Part shown: positions 21,606-34,854 of the stretch, piece after piece
How positions within the stretch are numbered: position 1 is the stretch's first letter
How the letters are laid out: each line of letters begins with the position of its first letter
Assembly (NCBI GenBank): GCA_010356995.1
Contig: ML996692.1
Location: forward strand, 383,933 to 447,932
Direction of reading: 5' to 3'
From: Trichodelitschia bisporula
Lineage: Eukaryota
DNA length: 64,000 nt
The notes under the pieces: generated by a model
Seen by the model: the letters and a program-made list of their open reading frames with translations, nothing else
What the model was told of the DNA's origin: nothing
Database searches by the model: none
Translations under genes and position numbers: made by a program

Positions 21606-23098
21606 ATGGCGAAGAAACGCGACGTCAAATTTCAGCACAGGAGCGGAAGTCAGAGCGCGAGACCGCGACGCGCAAGCAGCAGCCTCAGCGAGATCAGCGA
21701 GACAGCATCCGACAAGCAGGACAATGGTGTTGCTACAAAGAACGATGTGCGTTTTGCTGGCGCATTGGAAACATGTACGCATGCTGATACTTCTAGCCCC
21801 CAGCGCAGTCCGACTTTGAGAAGAAGAAGCAGACCTTCATCACGCGAACGATATGGACCTTCATAATGATCGGAGGCTTCTTTGCCGCCCTCTTCTCCGG
21901 TCACATCTACCTCATAATGGTGGTGACGGCGGTGCAAATCATATCCTTCAAGGAGGTTGTCAGCATCATCAATGTGCCCAGTCGCGCGAGGAGTCTGCGC
22001 TTCACCAAGTCCCTTAACTGGTACTTTTTGGGGACAGCCATGTACTTCTTGTATGGCGAGAGCGTCATATACTACTTCAAGCACATTGTGCTTATTGACC
22101 GGATGCTTTTGCCCTTCGCTACGCACCACCGCTTCATCAGCTTCATGCTATACATCTTTGGTGAGCAGGCCCTGTCTATACATGGGCGCCGGCTAATCCC
22201 CTAGGGTTTGTGTTCTTTGTGGGCTCCCTGCAAAAGGGACACTACAAGTTCCAGTTCACCCAATTTGCTTGGACCCATCTTGCCCTCTATCTCATCGTTG
22301 TACAGGCGCACTTTATCATGAACAACATCTTCGAAGGCTTGATCTGGTTTTTCCTCCCCGTCTCACTGGTCGTCACGAACGATATCTTTGCGTACATTTG
22401 CGGAATTACCTTCGGTCGTACCCAGCTCATCAAGCTGTCGCCAAAGAAGACAGTCGAGGGCTTCGTGGGTGCTTGGTTTTTCACTGTCGTTTTCGGTTAC
22501 GGCCTAACCAACGTCATGATGCAGTACAAGTACTTCATTTGCCCCGTCAATGATTTTGGCGCGAACATCTTCACCGGTCTCGACTGCACGCCGAATCCCG
22601 CGTTCACCAAGCAGCTCTACTCCCTGCCGTTCGAGCCGCCGGCCTGGACGGGTCTGCCGGCCAGCTTCAACATGGAACCGATCCAATTCCACATCTTTTT
22701 CCTCGCTACCTTTGCGTCTCTGATCGCGCCTTTTGGCGGCTTCTTCGCCTCAGGCATTAAGCGCACGTTCAAGATCAAGGACTTTGGAGATTCGATCCCC
22801 GGCCATGGTGGCATGACGGACCGCATGGATTGCCAGTTTATCATGGGTACCCTCGCCTACATGTACTACCAAGGCTTCATTGCCACGCACAAGGTGTCGG
22901 TTGGCAGTGTGCTCGAGATGGCCATCACTGGCCTGACTTTGGAGGAGCAGGTGGATGTCGTCAAGGTTCGTATTCTCGGCACAGTCAAAGTAGATTGCTC
23001 ACGTCTCGCAGACCCTCAGCAAGCACCTCGTCAACCAGGGCGTAATCTCCGGGACGGTTCTCGAATATATAGATGGCCATCTCCCGCGGAGACGGTAG
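21606..23098 (+). CDS. CDS1: Phosphatidate cytidylyltransferase (CDP-DAG synthase)
   Basis: LSPKKTVEGF and the KDFGDSIPGHGGMTDRMDCQ signature; multi-exon; last exon ends HLPRRR-TAG at 23098. Confidence 0.95.
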
Positions 23099-23566
23099 TA
23101 TCGTCTCCTAGATGTCTAATGATTCAACTCTTTCTCATCGGTTCCCTTTGTCACGGGGTTAAAGGGGGTCAAAATCCAGACAAGTGGGGGTTTGTTCGCT
23201 TTCGACAGACGAGCGTGGGCGTTTTTCTGTATCGCTCCTGTAATTTTTTCTTGTTCATCTTGTCGGCTTTTTGGGCTCGCTGATCTTCGTCCAACTTGAA
23301 GGCGCGTTCCCGTCCCCCCTGTTCGGCAGCCCTCGCCACTCTGTATGTATACCCAGGCATTACTTGTAGCAGCGCTTCGGTTTTTCTTTTTACGTTGAAA
23401 GGATGAAAAGCCAGTCAAGGGTGGGAGCATCGAATGGAATACCATGACAGCGCACGTTGGACTCATGCCATCAGCCGACACGGCATTGAACTGCAATCAA
23501 GAGTGCATACACGAATTAAAGACCTAAACTCCGCCCATGCACCCATACTTCCGTAATAAAGCGCAA

Positions 23567-25575
23567 CTAAGGTAAATACCCGCCATTCACATTCCCCTGC
23601 GTCTTCTCAGCCTCGCGGCCCCTCAGCCCCTCGCCCCCCCAGCCGGGCGCCTCATTCCCTCCCCATCTCCCCCCCGCGGCAAAGGCATCTTCTTCCCCGT
23701 CCCCTCCACCCAGGTGGCTGTCCCCGTCGCTCACCTCCCATATCTGGTGCAGCACTTCGTACTTCATGACCCACTCGCCATCCTCCCGCTCCTGCACGCA
23801 GAAGGGCTCGCGCACGACGCGCAATACCTGTCCGCGCTGCCGCATCACGAGCTTCAGCCCGAGCCACCATAGCGTGCCCCAGAGGGGTGCGGAAATTCCG
23901 ATTGCGGGGACGAGGACGGAGGGGTAGCCGGTGTGGGTGATGCCCGAGGGGGTCAGGAAGGCGGTTACGAGGCAGAAGGTATAGGCGATGAAGAAGATGA
24001 TAGCGGAGGTAGGTCCGCCCCACGGCTTAAACTCGGACACCCAATCATGGCGCACGTACTTGGCATATAGCAGGGCGAGCGAGGTGGCGACGCCGAGAAG
24101 CACGACGATGACGTAGCTGTACAGCGAGACGAGGAAAGTGTACTGGTCGAGGGGCTTCTTGATCATGCTCGTGATGCCGAGGAGGAAGAGGCTGGAGAGC
24201 CAGTGGAGGAAGAGGGCGGCCATGGGGGTTTGCTCGAGCGGGTCGACGGGGTCGCCGTGGCTGTCTAGCTCGGGGTTGTGTTTCTGCTTGCGCCAGCGCT
24301 CGAGCAGCCAGGCCGTGGGCGTGGTTTTGCCGCTTGCGAGGGGGAGCGACCAAGGGAGGATGCCCTCTTTGGCGATTTCTTGCTTCACGCGGGCGGCGGT
24401 GAAAGTCATGACGACGAGGTTGCCGAGGATGCAGAGGGCGATTGCGCCTTGCATGACGCGCTGTGCGGCATTGTTGCCGAAGAGGTGGTGGAAGAAGAGG
24501 GAGGCGAGGTCGGTTTTGGCGTTGGCTGGGTCCATGATCACGGACATGGGGACGACGCATAGCTGTGGCTGTTAGTCCTAGGGTTCAGGGATAGACTGAG
24601 CTTGTGGCTTACATAGGCAACGTTGGTCAGGAGAAACAGGCTGGTGAGAACTGCGAGGGCTCCCAATACGGACTTTGCGAAGTACTTCTTTGGACGATGG
24701 ACTTCGCTAAGGACCTGAATACGTCAGCTTGAGCCACGACACACCCGAGGGAGTCCTACATAGAAGGGCTGCTCGAACCCAGAGTACGTGTAGAGGACTA
24801 GAAGGAATGCCTGCGTGTAATTCGCCACACCGCCCGCTCCGCTCTCAACATTGGAGACGTCAAATGTCGTCTTGGGGCTGAAGTTCGAGCCTTTTGGGCT
24901 TGGGAACCGATTATGGTTGAAGTTCGCACCTCCGCGAACAGCAAATCCCAGGATGATAATGATCGCTAGGATGGCCACCTTCAAAAGGGCGAAAGCGTTG
25001 CTCAAGACGAGACCGCCGCTCCGGGAGAACACATGAAGCAGCACCACTGCCGACAGAACTCCGACAGCGATGCCAATGACCGGCTTTTGCTGCGGATCCT
25101 CATGACCAGCTGCCAGGAGTACATAACGTCCCAGTGCGATCGCATTCCCAGAGAGGTTGCCCAGAATGATGTAGAGAATCCCAAACTGGCATGTGACAAG
25201 AAATCGCGGCTTCCTCATCACCCACTCGAGGTAGTTCTTCTCACCGCCGCTTCGCGGAACGGCTTGAGGATGTCCAGTCTCTTCGACATCGTGGCGGGGT
25301 GTTGAGAGACCAAATTCGATCCAGATTAGAGAGCCGCAGACGACGACAAACCCGCCGATGATCCAAAAGATGAGAGAGATTCCGACGCTCTGGGTAGCGC
25401 GTAACACAGAGAGGGGGGTCACAAAGATCCCGCTGCCGATGCTGCGATTAAGTATAAAGCAGGCTACGGTGAACCAGCCGATCTTCTGTCGCGGACTTGG
25501 TGCGTACTCCTTTCGTGTCGTCGCGTCGTGGTCCTGCTCAAGCCTCGCGATCTCTTCCGGGTCGAGATTAATCAT
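23567..25575 (-). CDS. APC-family amino acid permease (MUP1-like)
   Basis: ILNRSIGSGIFVTP, PRSGGEKNYLE, YTYSGFEQPFY|VLSEV, AARVKQEIAKEGILP; many hydrophobic segments; two introns at ~24.56-24.76 kb. Start codon uncertain. Confidence 0.88.
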
Positions 25576-26355
25576 GTTTTCTACACAGGTGTTAGCCAAT
25601 AGGCTGCATGTTCAATGGCAGAAGTTAGCCCTACAGATATTGTCTTGAATATTGGACAGTCATAAGGGGCCCGCGTGGTATATGTAGGCCGGTCGCGGCT
25701 TGTTGCTGCGGCGAACTTCGGGAAATTTGATGTCACAATCTGTCATCGGGCCTTGAAGGTTGGCCCACCGGAGCTTTATGGCCTGAGTCAGATGGTCTGT
25801 CAAAGTAAGGCTGAGGCTGAGCGGACGCTGGAACCGACAAGTCCGCGTCGTGGGGGGAGCTGGGATTGGAAGGGGGTCAGGAGGGGGGATTAAATCGATA
25901 ATTGGGGGGATCATTCTTGTGCAAATAGCCTCATCGCTATGTCTGCCTCGCGCCCCCATGGCGTTCAAGCTAAGGAAATCACATCAATCGTGTGGTACAA
26001 GATGCGCCAGAGCGAGTCAATACGAGCGGTGGAGGTCGGTTTAGCGCGGTGGCTGCATAGCCGGCCGGTGTCCAAGTGGAATGCGGCTGTTGTGACTTGA
26101 GGCTGAGCCTACGCGCTACTGGGCCTCCACAATGCTACCGTCAATGAACCTTTACCCGTACACCCCTAAGTGTGGAGGTGCAGCCTGCAGCGTGGGAGAC
26201 ACCAAAAGTGAGGCGCCGATTAGAGCCGCGCCGACATTGGCTATCAAGGATACCACGCTTTGGAGGTATAAGGGCCGCATCGCAACCTTGTCGTTAACCC
26301 CACATACACCACCCGACCCAGTATTTGTTGATGGTAGTAAGCGCTGTTATCGTCG

Positions 26356-29206
26356 ATGTCGTTCGGCCTCAGTACTCAAGATATCGCGTTGGCCGCTCAA
26401 CTCATCCTCTACGTGAAGAAGACGTGCTTTACGGAGTCGAACCGCGCCGGTGAGTGCTGCAGCTCCCTTTGCGTTGGACCGTTCTAACGTCGCGTGAAGA
26501 TGCCCATTACCTAAACTTTTGTCGCGACGTCGAGACCTTTAGCAAACTCCTCCAGAAGGCGGACAGCGTACTTAAGAGACTTTCACAGCAGCGGAGGAGG
26601 GAGCTGTTGACTCCCGAACAATACGTACAATGGGAAGCACGCGCCACAAACGAGCTGGATGTCCTCATCGGCGGATACCGGGAGGACCTGGAAACGTGCC
26701 AACAGCTGCTGTATGAGAATCAGAACCTCCAGTCACGAAAAGCGACGCCGCTGGAGAGCATGAAATGGCATCTGGGCGGCAAACAAGAGAGAGTAGATGA
26801 GTTGCGGGCCAGTTTGGCGTCGCATGTGGAGAAGGTGAGATTTGGCTTTAGGGTTCACTCTGATCCCCACAAAACACCCCATATTTCAATGAACGGTCCG
26901 GGCCGAGTTCTGCACGGACAGCAGGCCGATCACAACTTGAACCGGCCTGTCGATCATCTTTTTTTATTCTCCTTCCGTTTCAAACATCTGATAATTGGTC
27001 TGACGTTTTTGCCTGTGTTGTCTAGATTAGCCTCTTCACCGAATCGGAGACACTGTAAGTCGACCCCATTGGTTATGTTGCCACTTCTTTTTCTGACGTT
27101 TCATTAGGCAAGTGCTCCTTGATCTGAAAGAGGATGTCGGCGCTCTTCGTGATGATGTGGAGAAGTTACCCGATCGAGTGTATCGCCAGTTCCGGGCGGC
27201 AGCAGCCAGTGATGGACGGTCCTCGACATCGACGGGACTGCTGTCCTTGTCGCAAGAGATTTGTACCCGCTATGAGGAAGGGCTGGACATCAATGCGCCA
27301 CCCACGTATATTACAGGCTCAGACTTTCCACTGAAGGAAGGCCTCGATGCGCTTATGGGAGCTTATCAGAAGGTATGCCTCGTCCATAATTGCTTGTCTT
27401 GGTCACTGACCGATCCCCAGAGCACTGTCGACTTCAGTAAATCGGCGCTCCGTATTTGGGGACCACCTGTTGAGCAATGGAACAATCTCTTCAAAGCAGG
27501 CTTCATCTTCGAGCGCATGGTCAGCAGCAAGTACCTGCGTGAAGCCGGACAAGACTCGCTCTGGAGATGGGCCTTGGAAAGCTTTTATAAGGTTTGTTCC
27601 CCGTTCATCTTTGCAAGGGTTGTCCTCATCATTAGCAGAAACTCAGAACCGAATTCGCCAGATTTGAAGATGATTTAGAGGCCGGTGAAAGAGACGTCCT
27701 ACAGCTGAGCCCTGAGTACTTCCAAATATGGCCCGCCGAGGTGAAGCGCAAAAGACCCCAGGATAAACTCACCGAGGCGCAAGAAGGAGAATTAAAAGTT
27801 CTTCAAGTACAGCTTGAAGATCCCGACGAGAGAGTTAGAAAGGATCTGGTGGCATTTCGACGACTACATAAGGACTTTACTGAGCTCCGAGTTGTCACGG
27901 TTCATTCCCTCAAGGATCCCTCAACAAGCGAGATCCTCATCGCGCCAGACGACGGCAACAAAGTCGCGAAGGTCCATAACGTTTCTATCATCCCGAAGTA
28001 TGCTTACCCTTTGGGGTACAGGGTGCGCCCATCCAAGATCATTGAGGTCTGCTTTCCTGGAGCCTCGCGGGGCTTTGACTATCCGTTCAAAATGCACGAG
28101 GAACTGCTCATGTTTCAGCAAACCTGGCTGGGCTATAAAGTAGTCTATGAAGAGTATGTTAGTACTCCCCGCACCCATGCAATGCTGACACCACACAGCC
28201 CAGGATGTGCATACACCGTCCATTACTCTCATGGACTCTTTAGTTCGAAGAACCTCAAGGGAATCGGCCGTGTTCAGATATGGCAACCAAAAGAGTTACC
28301 TCCAATTGGCCCACCGGCGTCACCCAATCCGGACCCTCGTACACCTCGAGCTCGAGCAGACTCCCTCTACAGCCAAACCAACTTCACTCTTCGCAGTAGC
28401 GACTCCTACTCCACCGTCACAGGGTCGTCGAAGGGCCACTCAAAACCCAAGGCGGCCAAACGGCCTCCAAGTCCCGTTGTCGTCATATTTACTGAGACTG
28501 AGGCCCAGGCTGGGCAACCCAGCGAGCCTATGGTGCTCTTTCTCCGGCGTAAGCTTCCCGTCGATGCCACCATTGGCTGGATTTTAACTTTGGATAGTCG
28601 AAGACAACCACCAGTCAGTCCACGTCAGCTATACAAACTGCAACTGTGCCTCACGCAACGAGAACACTCGCAAGGCTTGTAAGCGCGTCGTCCTCACCGC
28701 CTCTCGTGGCAAGTTCTCTATCACGAAGCTTCCCGCCACGAACTCCGTTGTTGATATATCCGTGTTCGCGCGCCCGCTGCGGCATCCCCAGTTTAAGACG
28801 TTGCCTAAAATCGAAGATGTCCAATGGATAAAGATCGATACAGCGGATCCCGAGAGTATGCCCGCGTTGTGTCTGCCCAATACATAGCTGACCTGACATA
28901 GAACGCGAGCTCCTTCAAGAAGCAGTTACTACTATGCGCCACCTCCACAGCCTGGATTGCCGCGATGCCGGCAAGCAAGAACGGGCCATGGGCGCGGCAG
29001 CAGAACGGCCCAAGCGAAGTGTCACAATGCACCATACCGGCTCTAATCTCAGCTATCTCAGCCCGTCATCGCAGCGGTTGTCGGTTGGCGGTTCTAGCAT
29101 GATGAGCACATCCTCGTCAGGGTTGTCACCCACGCGGGCAGATAAAATCGATGAAGAAGATTCAGAGGAGCCCGAGGTGGACATTATTGCTAAGCCATTC
29201 AGGTGA
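26356..29206 (+). CDS. Multi-exon hypothetical protein with fungal helical N-terminal domain
   Basis: MSFGLSTQDIALAAQLILYVKK start; successive ORFs joined by GT..AG introns, including a 29-nt microexon 27026-27054 that keeps the frame. Confidence 0.7.
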
Positions 29207-29927
29207 AGTAAAGGAAGTGGTGATCATGACGATGATGATGTGCCAAATGGGATTGTCGATGACGAGTAGATTCGTCGGGTGTGAGGGGCGCGGAAAGTCG
29301 CAGTTGTGGACATGCGACATATAAATACCGGCAGCTGTGTTCTGGGGATGATATGCTTTATGATTTGAGCTCCGAGGAGTCCGGATTGTGGGGGTGAGGC
29401 GTGTGCGATGATACCAAGAGGCCGGAAAGGAAGATCTATGTACATTAGAGCAACTAATCTTGAAATGCTGCAATTTTACGATTTGTGAATGTGGCTGTAC
29501 CACATCCGTACTATCTTTCATTCACTCTGCGGACGAATCGGCGCGGTAGCGGAGGCCGGATCAATGAGGATCACTATGTCCGCTACGGAATGACCCTCGC
29601 CCGTCATCGCGAGTTCCGATCCCCGTGGCGTTCCCCATCAGTTCCCGATTCGCCACTTTGCTGTTGCCTACCTCTCCTACCATCTCTTCCTCGTGGCATT
29701 ATTCTGTTCCTGGATGATATAAACACTGCTCCGCCCCTTGGAGCATGCTACTTACCTTTGTTTGAATCCCCTTCACCGTGGCGCTACTCCCCCTCCAGCC
29801 GCATCGTTTCGCAGCGGCAAGCAGCACATCGGCACTACACTCTATTCTGCGAGCCTTGCGGAGTCTGAATCGCAGTCGCCTCGCTCTCAAGGCTTCAACA
29901 GCTCGAGTCTACAGGGCCAATTCCACA

Positions 29928-31500
29928 ATGGCCACCACAAGTTCCGATGGGGATGTTCCCCAGGGTCACCAGCAAAGCCCGCTCGCAGGCCAGCGTACGG
30001 CCGAGCAGGCACTTGCCCGGCGTTCGTACTTTCCTCTAGGATACAAGGAGGGCTTCTATCAATGGGTGAGTTTTTCGTTGCGTGTCCTAACTCTGGGCTG
30101 ATCCTTTGAAGTGGACGTCCATTTCTCCAGCAATGGCGGAGCATCGAGTGCTGTCCCTTATTCCGAACCTCCAAAGGCCACCCACACACACGCAGACCGG
30201 CTCTGCACCGGCCTCAGCTGCGGCTTCAACTATGGACATAACCACAAACCCATCACATGAAGCTCAGCCAGTGACGTCAATCGACGACCCTTACGGGCCG
30301 CGGAGGTGGTTCTCGAATCTCGTACAGCTCTCTGGCCGTGACCGTGCACTCAATGAGTTCAGCGTCGAGCGTGTGGGCGAAGAGGTAGAAAACAATCTCG
30401 TTATGCTGCATGGCTACGGTGCGGGCCTGGGCTTTTTCTACAAGAACTTTGAGCCATTGTCACGCGCGGAAGGCTGGAAGTTGTATGCGCTCGACATGCT
30501 CGGTATGGGCCGGTCATCTCGTCCGCCATTCAAGATCCACGCGAAGACACGGCAGGAACAGATCATCGAGGCCGAGAATTGGTTCATCGATGCGCTCGAG
30601 GAGTGGCGCGTGAAGCGCAGGATCGAGCGGTTCACCCTCCTAGGACACAGCATGGGTGGTTACATGGCCGTGGCATATGCGCTCAAGTATCCAGGCCGGC
30701 TGAACAAGCTGATTCTTGCGTCGCCCGTCGGAATACCCGAGGATCCGTACGCCGTAAATGCCGACATGCCAGACCCAGACTCATCCACTATACAAAACGA
30801 GTTCACTCAAGACCAAGACGCCACTGTTGGAGATTCCCCAGCGCCTAATGGCGCCCGAAGCTCTGCGACTGCCACTCCGCGCCGACCGCTGCCGAAATGG
30901 GTGACATATCTTTGGGATGCGAACGTTTCACCATTCAGTTTCGTGCGCTGGGCGGGACCCTTGGGGCCGAGACTCGTGTCAGGATGGACGAGTCGCCGAT
31001 TCTCACAACTGCCGCCGGAAGAGGCCAAGACACTGCATGACTATTCCTACAGTCTCTTCCGCCAGCGCGGAAGCGGCGAATATGCCCTCGCATACATTCT
31101 TGCGCCAGGTGCCTTCGCCCGCAACCCGCTGATCCGCCGGATTCAGGGTGTTGGGCGGCAGTACATTGGTCTACACTCAGGGCCAACTGTTGATCCCGAG
31201 GGACAGTCGCGGCCGCGCGAGAATGGCGTTCCTGTTGTGTTGATGTACGGAGAACACGACTGGATGGATATTGCCGGGGGGTATGCCGCGGAGGCCAAGA
31301 TCAACGAGCAAAAAGAACGCCTATTAGCTGGAAAGAGTGAAGAGGAACGCAGCCAGGATCATGGAGATGCCAAGGTCGTGATCATTCAAAAGGCTGGCCA
31401 TCATCTTTACCTGGATGGGGCCGACCAGTTCAACAGCGTTGTGCTCAAAGAGATGGAGGATGTTCGCCGGAGAGAGCGGGAGCGGTTGGCGAGGCTCTAA
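29928..31500 (+). CDS. Alpha/beta hydrolase, CLD1/ICT1/ABHD4-5 family
   Basis: LVMLHGYGAGLGFF, ALDMLGMGRSSRP, GHSMGGY nucleophile, YGEHDWMD, AGHHLYLD; intron ~30066-30110. The true start may lie further upstream. Confidence 0.9.
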
Positions 31501-32675
31501 TTGTATACTTGTTGGGTTGTACTGGCGCATAGAGATATCCCTGGATTGCGTAGACATAGATCTCCATCATGAGCCCGGCCCGTCCGTTTTTGAGAGCATT
31601 GCTATCTCGAGTTCTAGGTTTTTGTGACGGCCATGCAATCATCCCGATCTGTGATCCCGGTCAAGGTATGTCAAAATTTCCGGTCCTCTTACCGGTCTAT
31701 GTACCGGTCTACGTCACTCCCGATTCGCAAGAAACTCGCATGTCTTGCCTAGATGGAAGCTGACCAAGGTACATGGAGCACCATTAGCCCTCAATAGCCC
31801 CCAAGTCGTATAGACTCAGCCAATCAACCTGACGAACCACACCGAAGGCTTGCCGATACCCGAATATAAACTGCCATATAGCAGTGCGGCCCACCTCTTG
31901 CTATACCGCTGCTATATTGACTTTAACATCCAGCTCCGTGGACGCTCTGCGGTACCGGATTAAGCCACCGTTCGCCCTGCCGGACCTGATCTGCCCCCAT
32001 GGTCTCTCCGCATTCAATATCGCCGTACCCAGTTTCCGAAGCTTACTTCGACGGGTACCTGTCTGAGCATCTTCCTGTGGGCCGCGGGGTCACGTTCCAC
32101 GTCGGGGACGCAGTTCGTAGCCCTACTATTCGTTGCCGCGAGCAACTGCTGGAAATTCCTTTGATGCAGCAGTGTCCGCTTCTCCCGACGAAGAGTGGGG
32201 GTTCTCCAGGACCTTTGTCTTGTGATCTTTGCCCGTTCTCCGTCGGTCGGCGGAGACTCCAGGTTTTCAATAGCGGCTCGCCAGCTACGGCATCACTTTA
32301 ACATGTACCTACTTTGCGTTACGAGGCACCCGACCTACCGTCTCCCCACAGATGCCCTAACTGGCGTGCCTGTCGTCTCCAGGGTTACATATCGGGCCAC
32401 GGGCATCCGACCTGGATACAGCCTCCTCAAGCCAGTAGCGACCTAAACCTTCCGCAGACTTTAGCGGGCGCCATATTCAGCGGAAGCGAGGTAGATACAA
32501 AATACATTAAACTTCACTATGTGCTGGACTCCACACCGTTGAGTAGGCCTCCACTCGCGATGCTGCTATTTTGCCCGCTGTATGCTATAAGGCGAGTTCG
32601 TGCCCCTTGATGCTGTCCGAATAGCGCTTGCTCCGTTCCATTTCCATCGAATTTCGGTCTCTCGTGTTTTGCACC

Positions 32676-34201
32676 ATGAAGATCCCTCTCTTCCTGATTC
32701 CCCTGACGTCCGTCGCAGCTCTTAATCCGCGCGAGCCTCTACATACCGAACGCCTCCGTAAGACGTAGCCCGTGCCTCGAAGCATCTCCGCTAACCTCCC
32801 AGATGCCCGGCAATTCGACCTGGCAGGCGCCTTGGGCGGCCTCTTCAACCCAGCGAATTTCATGCCATCTCTCAAAATCGCACGAGTCGAAGAACTAAAG
32901 CCCACTATCCGCCCCGGTCACGCGAAGCGTATCCGCATCCACTGGGGACCGGTATCCCTCCAAGCAGCCAACGTACGACGCCTCCCCCCCTTAACCTCCC
33001 AGCTAACCCATCAAGGAAACCAAACCGCTTCCAGGAGTCAGCTCGCTCCTGCCAACCTTCTCCCTCCCAGATACGCAATGGAACATGCTAATGCCCGGTC
33101 TGCCCCCAAGGGCGGCCCTCCTCTGGGCCAAACTGGACCTTTACTACCAGAACGGGAGCCGAGCGACATCGGACCAGGGCGTGTATCTGCACCACATCCA
33201 GATCCACAACCTCGACGCCAAGCGCGTGCGCAAGGCGTACTGCTTCGGCGAGTGGGCGAGCATGGGACGGCCAACGGAGATCTTCCTCTCAGCGGGCGCT
33301 AGCGACTACGAGCCCGGGTTCTATTTCACCGACCCCGCCGGGAAGCTGAACAGCGGGTATCTGACGGGTGACGAGAAGGAGCGGTACCTGATGAATGGCG
33401 AAGTGGTGAATTACCGCAACGAGCGCATCGAGGTGTACCCCACCGTCGAGATCGAGTACATGCCGTCCATCCCCAAGGGCTGCATGGAGTCGACGATCAT
33501 GCTGTTCAGCGTCACGGGATGTACGGCGCAGAACCCGACGTTGGAGCTTTTGCCCGGCCCGGGCGTTAAGGCGTGGAATATCACGTCGGATCCGTTCCCG
33601 CTGCCGGAGGAGGGTCTAATTCTCAATGCGCGTAGGTGATGCCCATCCCGCGGTGTATACGCATGCTGATAGCGCATCCAGTCGGCCACATCCACGACGG
33701 CGGCACGCGCGTCGAGTCCTTCCTCAACGGCAAGCCCGTCTGCGACTCAAAGGCGATTTACGGCAACCCCGCAACAGCAGTACACGACCACCTAGGCGAC
33801 AACCAAGAGACAGTCGTCTCGATGACCGAGTGCAGCGACATCATCCCCGTAAAGAAGGGTGACGCTATCAAGCTCGTCGCTCACTACGACTTGAACAAGC
33901 ACCCAGCGTACGTTTCCCGTTCCTCTGGTCCTGTCTCGGGTTCCGAAGCTAATGCTGTTGCAGACGCGCCATGGCCGGCGAGCACTCCCATGAAATGATG
34001 TCCCAGATGGGCGTTCAGACTATGTACTTCGCTGCGAAGAAGCCCTCGTCCATTGTGAACTGGTCGCCCGAGCTGGGTGGTGATGTTGCCTCCGCCCCGG
34101 TGGTTGCGCCTGCCGCGGCTGGGCCTGTCGCGCCTGCGCCGCGACCCGCTGCTGATGACGATGCGGAGGAGGATGACGACAGGCGCAGTCGTCGGGAATG
34201 A
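32676..34201 (+). CDS. Secreted hypothetical protein with His/Met motifs (copper monooxygenase-like?)
   Basis: Signal-like MKIPLFLIPLTSVAA; five exons join in frame; YLHHIQ, GHIHDGG, HSHEMMSQMG; Ala/Pro/acidic tail. Confidence 0.7.
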
Positions 34202-34674
34202 GTTCTCGGGGGAGGGTAGATGTAAAAGTGTGTAATCCCATACATAATATGAAGGTGTTGCCTGCTCTTGCCGTATCTGCACCGATGAAGTTAGTGTCTA
34301 TAACGTTTTGATTGTAACGGCTTGTCCTCGCCGTAGGGAAGGGCTTCAGACCGCATGTCCACGCTGCCGTGGGGAGGAGATATCACCGATTTGCAAGGCA
34401 GATATGCGCAATACACTTGACATCCTTCCTATGTGGAAGTTTGAAGTCCAGTACTTTGTACGAAGGCAAAGGGTGACCCCGTTGGAGCCGTAGACGCAAT
34501 TCCCTGCCGTCGTCAACCAACGGTACAGGACATGGCAAGAGTTCATCACACAGCATGCAGTATGGCTTCAGTGGCAATGCGTAGTAGTTACCGGAGAAGC
34601 ATCACGAACCCCAAAATCAATTGAAACCTCTTCTTCAACAGCCCGCACAAGGCGAACACGTCAATGAAAAGAAA

Positions 34675-34811
34675 AAGCAGATCCATCAAAAATTGTGCCA
34701 GTGAGGCCCCCGAAGGAGACTCATACCAGCACCTCTCCACGCTGTGCAATGCAGGAGGTCCTAGCAGGCTTTCGCATTCTTGAGCGCAAATAGCCCCAAC
34801 AAGGTAAGTAT
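34675..34811 (-). ncRNA. U1: U1 spliceosomal snRNA
   Basis: Minus strand begins ATACTTACCT (34811); stem-loop I with 10-nt loop GCTCAAGAAT; loop II CATTGCAC; stem III with CTTCGG loop; Sm site AATTTTTG (34694-34687). 3' end approximate. Confidence 0.93.
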
Positions 34812-34854
34812 GAAGAAAAGAAGAAGGGGAGAGGAGGAGGGGGAGTTGAAGGCA

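Noticed and set aside
20917..21819. 300-aa plus-strand ORF upstream of and overlapping CDS1
   Set aside because: Non-ATG start, no domain, runs through the pyrimidine-rich promoter/5' UTR and out of frame over CDS1 exon 1.
32350..32390. CCCTAAC / AGGGTTA as a telomerase RNA template
   Set aside because: Shorter than the TAACCCTAA template of filamentous-fungal telomerase RNA, no pseudoknot seen, and the region is much shorter than those RNAs.
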